From IMG/VR virus record IMGVR_UViG_3300023179_004149, positions 1 through 64,000 of that record: a stretch of DNA of 64,000 bases. The stretch is one strand, 5' to 3'. Each line of letters begins with the position of its first letter. Positions within the stretch are counted from its first letter, which is position 1. The notes beneath the pieces are model-generated. The model did no database searches. It was given only the letters and a program-made list of their open reading frames with translations, and was not told the origin of the DNA. The translations under genes were made by a program, and so were the position numbers. Below, one piece after another: positions 57,506-64,000 of the stretch.

Positions 57506-58114
57506 TTAATTAATTTTTTCATTTTCTTTGTTTAATACTTTTGTTAATCTTTCAAAATCAAAAGCGGGTGTTAGATCGAAGTGTAGTTTACTAAAGTTAC
57601 TTCGGTTTATTATACCTTTATAATTCTTAATTGCACTTATAACATTATTTCCAATGAATTTTTTATTAATAGAGTGCTCTTTACATAAATAGTCTATTAA
57701 TTCAATTAAAGACAAAAATTGTTTATCTGAATACTCAGCCCAGAACCTTTTACCGCGCCAGGGCATTTCCATAACCGAATCATCATACCTAACACCCCTC
57801 CAATCTTTAAAAAACTTATCAAAATCAACCCACCCCACATTCTCTAACGAAATAACAATAGCCTGGCGATCTAAACTATCGTTATCCAATATTTTTGATG
57901 TGTATCTCGAATCAAAATGTTGATACATCAACCCCGACCTATTTATTGTAAAAGCTGGCACTTTGTCGTATTTGCCACCATACCTTAATTTTAATTTATT
58001 AAAATGATCTTCTGCTGGTAATGACGTATTAATTAGTACGATTTTTTCTTTAACGGTATCATATAATCTAATATTATCGTTCTCAATAATATAATCATTA
58101 TTTAACCTCACCAT
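57506..58114 (-). CDS. N-acetylmuramoyl-L-alanine amidase (Amidase_2)-like protein lacking the Zn-binding His residues
   Basis: KIVLINT, FTINRSG..YQ.FD, AIVISLEN, IINRSN...DLTP. Confidence 0.55.
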   Translation of the reverse strand: MVRLNNDYIIENDNIRLYDTVKEKIVLINTSLPAEDHFNKLKLRYGGKYDKVPAFTINRSGLMYQHFDSRYTSKILDNDSLDRQAIVISLENVGWVDFDKFFKDWRGVRYDDSVMEMPWRGKRFWAEYSDKQFLSLIELIDYLCKEHSINKKFIGNNVISAIKNYKGIINRSNFSKLHFDLTPAFDFERLTKVLNKENEKIN

Positions 58115-58826
58115 TTACAAAAACCTTTATGTTGTCGAGGATCTTCATTTTTGGATCGTCCTCTTTATTTTTTTCAACAATTTGCTCTTGTTCTTTATCA
58201 TCAACCATATCTAGATGTTTTACGGTATTCGGATAGGCTAACGCTGTTGGCCCATCCTCATCTTGCTCCGCTTTAATAATTTCATCGTGATTCTGTTTGG
58301 TTTCTTTAAGTTCAATGATGTCAACCACTTCTTCCTTAGTTTTATTTACCTGGGTGATTTCGGTGGGTGTTGCGGTTATTGAGACCACTTCCTCTGGTTT
58401 AATATAATCAACCAGGGATTTAATAAAACCAAGTGCCACAAGTGGTAATATAGCACCAGAAACAAGCGATAAAATACGTTTTTGTTCAATCACATCACTA
58501 TCAACCAAACCAAATAATTCAATCCAACTCTGATAGTTGATCAAGTGAGTATACGCATAATATGTGTTACCCATAGCTTGCATAAGTGTTAAAATAAAGA
58601 ATAAACCCCATACAATACCCTTATTCATCTTCTTAAGGGCTATGATAGAAGCTAACGATGCGGCGGCGCCAACTTCAAAAGCTATCGCCAGGGTTGTGGC
58701 CAACCAATCTGGATTAGATAGTTTAAAGAAATCAATTACGTGTATCGTGGATATTAATGAAACTAAAATATATAATGTAACAAACGTACCAATTATAAAA
58801 TTCTTAGTTATGTTCTCTTTATTCAT
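58098..58826 (-). CDS. Multi-pass membrane protein
   Basis: Four hydrophobic helices and an acidic tail. Confidence 0.65.
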   Translation of the reverse strand: MNKENITKNFIIGTFVTLYILVSLISTIHVIDFFKLSNPDWLATTLAIAFEVGAAASLASIIALKKMNKGIVWGLFFILTLMQAMGNTYYAYTHLINYQSWIELFGLVDSDVIEQKRILSLVSGAILPLVALGFIKSLVDYIKPEEVVSITATPTEITQVNKTKEEVVDIIELKETKQNHDEIIKAEQDEDGPTALAYPNTVKHLDMVDDKEQEQIVEKNKEDDPKMKILDNIKVFVNGEVK

Positions 58827-59166
58827 AAATTAATTAATGTAACAATTCAACTCATAACGACCATTACCCATACCGTAGATTTGGATATGTAACATTTTAC
58901 GTTGTTCAATGTTGTTTTTATATAATGTGATATCAAATTTATTTGTTTTACCCTCATCAGGTTTACTTGGCCCCAAACCAATTTTACTACCAACTTCTTC
59001 TTCATTTGTTTCATAACCTCTTTTGAGTGCATAGGTTAGTGCTGTATTTACGGCGGAAGTGTAACTACCATGGTACACTTCGTAATCAGTTTTCAAATTA
59101 GCCATTTCATTCATTTCAGTACCAGCGGATAAATTTTTAATACGCTCATCTGCTTGTGCAATGAGA

Positions 59167-60693
59167 TTATTTAGTTTTTGTAAATGTTCCATTATATGTT
59201 GTTTTGAAGTCCACAATTATGTTTTTAATAGAGGTAAGTGATTCACTTAATTCATCTGGGGTTTTTGTCACATCGGGCGCATATTTTTCAATTTGCCTAA
59301 TAATGAACATGGATACATCCCTAATGATATTTTGATATTTCTTTAATTTTTCTTTGTTTTGTTTCCAGAGTGCCAGATAATTAATGGAGTGTTGTATCGG
59401 GAAATCATATGTTTTCAATACCGTATACGCTACCGATTCAGCGTGTAATTCTCTTTCGTCACTACTGTTTTGCCTACCAACATATAACTTACCATCAGCT
59501 ACACGTTTATTTTTTTCATGGTGCATTAATTCGTGAGCCATTTCATGAATAAATGTTGCTAATAAAGAAACACCCGCCGAATTTGTTAGTAACTGAATAT
59601 GCCCACCTTTACTTACACCCCTCGCACCCCCAAGATCATCTGTTTGTGAAATAGTTATATTATTATCTTCAGCAAATCGTTTTAATGCTTCGATCATAAT
59701 TGATGACTTTTCATCCTCAGTATCGTCAGTGCTAAACCATTGTGGTGGCTCTGGTGCGTTTATTTGTTCCATTCCAGGTATCGGCTCAACATTCGTATTG
59801 TCGTATATTGGAACCTCATTAAATACCTTTGTTACCTGATATTCGACATATCCTTTGCTATTGGCCCAGTTCCAGAAAGCATTATATTTTTGAGGTGGTA
59901 TTGGGTTTTTCATGTCTTGAATAACAAAACCAACTTCTTTTGCAAATTCTTTTGGTGAATTAGGGTGTGATGTTATGATTTTTTTAACATTAGCCGCTAA
60001 TGAACCCGTGTTACCTGGTTTCAAAATGAATATTTTTCTCGCATTTTCTTTTGGTTTGTAACCCCTACCATACCAATAAGGCTGGGATCCAAATTCATTA
60101 GCCCCCTTTATCAATCGACTTTGTAACCATATTAAGAATACATTACCGAAACTATAAGGATATTTACCCGTTTCGAGTATATATGCCTTAGCCGCCCTAT
60201 TAAATGATGCAATATCTTCTAATAACTTATCATTATCTAAACTATCACCAAGTTGATCGAGATAATCGTCAACAATATCTTTTGTTATTTTACCAGAACG
60301 ATTCTTGATAAACTCATAAGCACCTTTTACATCTTCAAGATATTCTTTGATCTTTTCATATAGTTCAATATCGCCAAATGATTTAATCTCTGGGGTTTCG
60401 GAGTCTCGTTCAAAACCGAGATGTTTATTTGCAGCGGCAACCGCATCAGTAGCTAATTTGAATATCTGGTCTTCGGTCTTAAATCGATCATTCCAGTACC
60501 AATACCCGTTAGCACTATCCCATATACCACCATGTTGCTTTAGTATAGCCTTAGTATGATAAGTTTCATCGGAAGCTTTTTTAGGATCGGGATTAGTAGA
60601 TACAACAATTATTCTCTTTTGCCCATATTGGTCTTTGTCTACTCTCCTAAGATCCAAATCCTCATTGGTTGGTAAATTTTTAACTTCAAGCAT
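59167..60693 (-). CDS. ArdC-like ssDNA-binding domain plus zincin metallopeptidase domain
   Basis: YSFGN..LI..Q...W...G; HEMAHELMH; ELHAESVAY; YL..W. Confidence 0.72.
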   Translation of the reverse strand: MLEVKNLPTNEDLDLRRVDKDQYGQKRIIVVSTNPDPKKASDETYHTKAILKQHGGIWDSANGYWYWNDRFKTEDQIFKLATDAVAAANKHLGFERDSETPEIKSFGDIELYEKIKEYLEDVKGAYEFIKNRSGKITKDIVDDYLDQLGDSLDNDKLLEDIASFNRAAKAYILETGKYPYSFGNVFLIWLQSRLIKGANEFGSQPYWYGRGYKPKENARKIFILKPGNTGSLAANVKKIITSHPNSPKEFAKEVGFVIQDMKNPIPPQKYNAFWNWANSKGYVEYQVTKVFNEVPIYDNTNVEPIPGMEQINAPEPPQWFSTDDTEDEKSSIMIEALKRFAEDNNITISQTDDLGGARGVSKGGHIQLLTNSAGVSLLATFIHEMAHELMHHEKNKRVADGKLYVGRQNSSDERELHAESVAYTVLKTYDFPIQHSINYLALWKQNKEKLKKYQNIIRDVSMFIIRQIEKYAPDVTKTPDELSESLTSIKNIIVDFKTTYNGTFTKTK

Positions 60694-61022
60694 GTTATTT
60701 GGTATTTTGGATACTCTTTATTTCAGCCTCGATCTGGTTTTGTCTTTGTACATCGAGAATTTTTCTATCTGTGGCCTGGATCATCCTAAGCTCAGATCTT
60801 AAACCTTCTATCTTGATCTCGTTCTTTAATTGTGTGGACATACTATCATTAGCCCGTCTAACACTAATGATTTCTTTCTTAATTGATTTCATGTTACTGC
60901 TCTGGTTACAATTCTGCACGGTCAGTAAAAACATGAAAGCGACCACCAAAAGGTAGCCACTTTCATTAAAAAAAATTTTTATTTTTTTCATAGGTTTTCT
61001 TTAACAATAAATATAGCTGAAA

Positions 61023-61814
61023 TTACAATAATTCGAATAACCCAGCGCAATTATACCTTAGCTTTTTGATAGCTTTTTCTTTGATTTGTCTAACCCTTTC
61101 TTTGGTTAACTCTAAATCATCTGAGATATCTTGAAGCGTTAGCGGTTCACCGTCTAAACCAAAATACTTGATAATAACATATTTTTCAGACTCATTTAAC
61201 TTGTTTAACAAAGCTTTTAATTTCAATATGAGCTTTGTTCTGTCGTCTGGGAACAATAAGTCAACCCTCTCACAACTTTCATCTTGGATGATGTCATAGA
61301 ATGAGCTACCCTCATCATCAATTGGTTGGTCAAGTTGGCCAACAGTTGGCAACATAAGTGCCGCATGTGGGTCTATATCGGTAGTTTCTGGTTGCATGGC
61401 TTTCTTGAACTCGTTTAATTCGTTAATTTTATTAACTGGTAAACGAATAGCTCTTGAATTTTCATGTAACGACTGGAGGATGCTCTGTCTTACCCACCAT
61501 ACAGCGTATGATAGGAACCTAACATCTGTTTGGTTATAATCGTACCTTTCTGCGGCTTTTATAAGGCCATAATTACCCTCGGAGATAAGGTCAGTTAAAT
61601 CTAAACCCTGGCCAATGTATTGTTTTGCCATGGTTATTACAAATCTAAGATTAGAATAAATCAGTCTATCTTTTGACTTCTGACAACCTGATTTGATCAG
61701 CTGAATCAAATTAAACTCCTCTTCTCTGGTTAATGTTGAGTACTTCCTAACATCTTGTAAGTATGTAATAATTTCTCTCTGGTCAATCCAGTGCGCTGTG
61801 TTTTGTTTAGTCAT
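61023..61814 (-). CDS. RNA polymerase sigma-70 family factor (RpoD/RpoS-like)
   Basis: LI.SNLRFVI..AKQY, DLISEGN.GLIKAAERYD, FLSYAVWW.RQSI, TKERVRQIKEKAIKKLR. Confidence 0.93.
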   Translation of the reverse strand: MTKQNTAHWIDQREIITYLQDVRKYSTLTREEEFNLIQLIKSGCQKSKDRLIYSNLRFVITMAKQYIGQGLDLTDLISEGNYGLIKAAERYDYNQTDVRFLSYAVWWVRQSILQSLHENSRAIRLPVNKINELNEFKKAMQPETTDIDPHAALMLPTVGQLDQPIDDEGSSFYDIIQDESCERVDLLFPDDRTKLILKLKALLNKLNESEKYVIIKYFGLDGEPLTLQDISDDLELTKERVRQIKEKAIKKLRYNCAGLFELL

Positions 61815-62436
61815 TTTTTGCGTATTTTTTTAGTATCTGTTTTTCCCTATCTGTAAGACTTTCCATACCATGGTCTTTAATTTTATCCAGTATCGGATTG
61901 ATATCATCCATGCTTATTTTATATTCTTCGTCTTGGTGAGTTGGGTTATTATCTAATAGTCCTTTCTCTTCCTGAATTAAAGCCATCTGTTGGTTTACAA
62001 ACTCTAACATCTCAGACCTCATCTGGTTCACAGATATGATAAAGTTTTGTACTTTCTCCAGTACTTCATTGGTTGTAAACTTAAAATAGTTTAAATCATA
62101 CAGGTGATTATAATGAGTACTTGATAATCCCTTAGCGAAATTATTGTCATTCACGTCGAATAACATGTAGCTATCAACATAGCCAACATACACACGGTTA
62201 AATATGTCTCTGATTTCTTTGATCTTTTTTGTGCTGGTAAAGCGTACTATTATTACAGACTGACCCATGCTAAATCTAACAAGGGAATCGGAATTAATAA
62301 CAGCGGATATACCGTGCCTAAAATTCTCTGGGTATCTACCCAAAAAGAATAACATATACTCTCGCTTACGGGACTTAGTAAGTTTCATCATATTTTCCCA
62401 AATATGATACTTTAATTTAAAAAGTAGAAAATCCAT
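61807..62436 (-). CDS. Hypothetical protein with a DUF6576-like C-terminus
   Basis: INPILDKI...GMESLTDREKQIL. Confidence 0.6.
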   Translation of the reverse strand: MDFLLFKLKYHIWENMMKLTKSRKREYMLFFLGRYPENFRHGISAVINSDSLVRFSMGQSVIIVRFTSTKKIKEIRDIFNRVYVGYVDSYMLFDVNDNNFAKGLSSTHYNHLYDLNYFKFTTNEVLEKVQNFIISVNQMRSEMLEFVNQQMALIQEEKGLLDNNPTHQDEEYKISMDDINPILDKIKDHGMESLTDREKQILKKYAKND

Positions 62437-64000
62437 TATATCGTGTCTATTAATGTTGAGATGTTATTTTCCTTTTTAACAAGAATTCTGTGGTCGGCCC
62501 AATCTTGAATCAATGGATTATGACTGATAATCCAAATGTGTTCAAAGAACTGTTTGAGTTTTTCAAAAAACAGACCGACTTTTTCAAGGTTCTGGTTGGA
62601 TACTTTTCCAGTAACTTCATCAAACACTATGATATTAGGTTTTGGTAATGAACATACTTTACTCAACACACATCTTAGTGCTAGAGAACTTACAGTTTTT
62701 TCATACCCCGATCCCGCATTAATTGGTTTTTCAACACCTGTTTCGCTATCTACCATCCAGAACTCAACCTCACCCTTTTCATTCATGCGCATCTCAAGAA
62801 CAAACTCACAACTATCAGCAAGAAGTATTTTAAGATGGCTATTAATGAGTGGTATCATAGTACTTAACACCATTTTAGAAATACCATTCTTACCGTAAAT
62901 ATCCAAGTAAACCTTAAAAATGTGGTCTATCATTTCTTCGTTCTTCAACTCTTTGAGTAGTGCGTTATAACCCTCTATTTTACCATTAGCGGTCAGAATA
63001 TCTCTATCTGTTCCGTTTATTTGTAAAGATACGGTTTCTTTTTCTTCGTTCAAAGAATTCAAAGAGAATTTTATTTTTTGAATATCAGTATCTATTAACT
63101 GGTTCTTCTCAACCCTACTCTTTATATCTCTATAGTTCTTTAACTTCTCATTACCACGGATTAAGCTATCCTGATACGCTTTCAACTCTAAACGGCTTTT
63201 CTCAATTAATAAATTGTTCCTGTTATATAAATCCCAGGCTACTTTTGCTTTATCAAGACCCTCTATCTTAGTATTGGCTATTTTTATAATCTCTTGTGTT
63301 GTTTCAAGAGATTCGTTTTTCTCTTTGAGTGACGTTTCGTTTTTCTCGATTTCATCACTATGATCAACGTTGTCCAGTGCCCTTTTACAAGTCTGGCAAA
63401 TCTCACTATTCTTCAACATATCGATAGTGGCTTCAATCGTATGTATTTCCAGTTTGGTTTTTATCTCTCGTTCTGTATAATCTCGAAGCTCTCCTTTGAG
63501 AGTACCGTATAAATCAATATCATACTCAATTTTAGGTTCTGGCATAGCGTCGATAAGGTTTCTGATACTCTCTTCCTTATCTTTGATAAGAGATTCGAGT
63601 TTCTGTATACCAGTGATGATGTTTTCTTCGCTCGATTTGTATAATTCGGTATCGATATCGTTATATCGAGTTTTATATAATTTTTCTGATTCATCTGTCA
63701 ATTCGGTTATTTTGGTTTTTAGTTCGTTAAGTTTTGAGTTTAAACCAACTAACATACCTTGGTATTGTTTAATATGATCTTCTTCAAGCGTAATTTTAGC
63801 CATAATTTCTTGGCTATTGTTATAGTAAAGCTTTGATTTCTCTTTCCATTCTGTATATTTTTTCTTGGCTATCTTTTCTTTCTCACGGAAAAATTCAAGA
63901 CCTATAAACCTGGTTAATATCCTACCGCGCTCAGTTGGTTTGGTTTTAATTAAATCATCCAGATTATCACCCGTTGTTAAGATCGTAATCAAGAAATCAT
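62436..64000 (-). CDS. SbcC/Rad50-like recombination ATPase (gp46-like), 3' part; starts outside the window
   Basis: Zn hook CQTC, signature GSGYEK, Walker B IVFDE, H-loop ISH. Confidence 0.9.
   Translation of the reverse strand, partial: DFLITILTTGDNLDDLIKTKPTERGRILTRFIGLEFFREKEKIAKKKYTEWKEKSKLYYNNSQEIMAKITLEEDHIKQYQGMLVGLNSKLNELKTKITELTDESEKLYKTRYNDIDTELYKSSEENIITGIQKLESLIKDKEESIRNLIDAMPEPKIEYDIDLYGTLKGELRDYTEREIKTKLEIHTIEATIDMLKNSEICQTCKRALDNVDHSDEIEKNETSLKEKNESLETTQEIIKIANTKIEGLDKAKVAWDLYNRNNLLIEKSRLELKAYQDSLIRGNEKLKNYRDIKSRVEKNQLIDTDIQKIKFSLNSLNEEKETVSLQINGTDRDILTANGKIEGYNALLKELKNEEMIDHIFKVYLDIYGKNGISKMVLSTMIPLINSHLKILLADSCEFVLEMRMNEKGEVEFWMVDSETGVEKPINAGSGYEKTVSSLALRCVLSKVCSLPKPNIIVFDEVTGKVSNQNLEKVGLFFEKLKQFFEHIWIISHNPLIQDWADHRILVKKENNISTLIDTI

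Noticed and set aside
1-64000. Genome-wide TAG reassignment suggested by the CTA tRNA
   Set aside because: Conserved proteins up to about 570 aa are uninterrupted under code 11, and TAG ends some genes at sensible positions.

Overview
AT-rich, gene-dense 64 kb segment of a large (jumbo-type) bacteriophage. Most genes are on the minus strand. Recurrent TTTG-N19/20-TAnnTTTG promoters point to a Bacteroidota host. The window holds about 30 tRNA or tRNA-like genes in four clusters, a tmRNA and a miniature RNase P-like RNA. It also encodes tRNA maturation and repair proteins (CCA-adding enzyme, HAD phosphatase, 2H protein, Trbp111-like protein), four free-standing endonucleases, a split Ro60/TROVE-like vWA gene, three Ser/Gly-repeat virion proteins, and lysozyme, UvsE, CoaE, an IMPDH/GMPR-family enzyme, ClpP, Hsp20, a sigma factor and an SbcC-like ATPase. 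Main finding: each tRNA cluster is preceded by a short unannotated leader ORF followed by an antiterminator/terminator pair, and the codon-dense core of each leader matches the amino acids of the tRNAs downstream (S/W/Y/E/P/A; V/I/K/H; L/R/Q; N/T/M/D/R/F/G). This looks like ribosome-stalling attenuation that switches phage tRNA operons on when the matching host tRNAs run short. Second finding: a family of eight CAGCA(A)-box structured RNAs, some built into tRNA scaffolds, two of them directly downstream of the Ro60-like gene. All calls were made by reading the sequence; no searches or folding programs were run.
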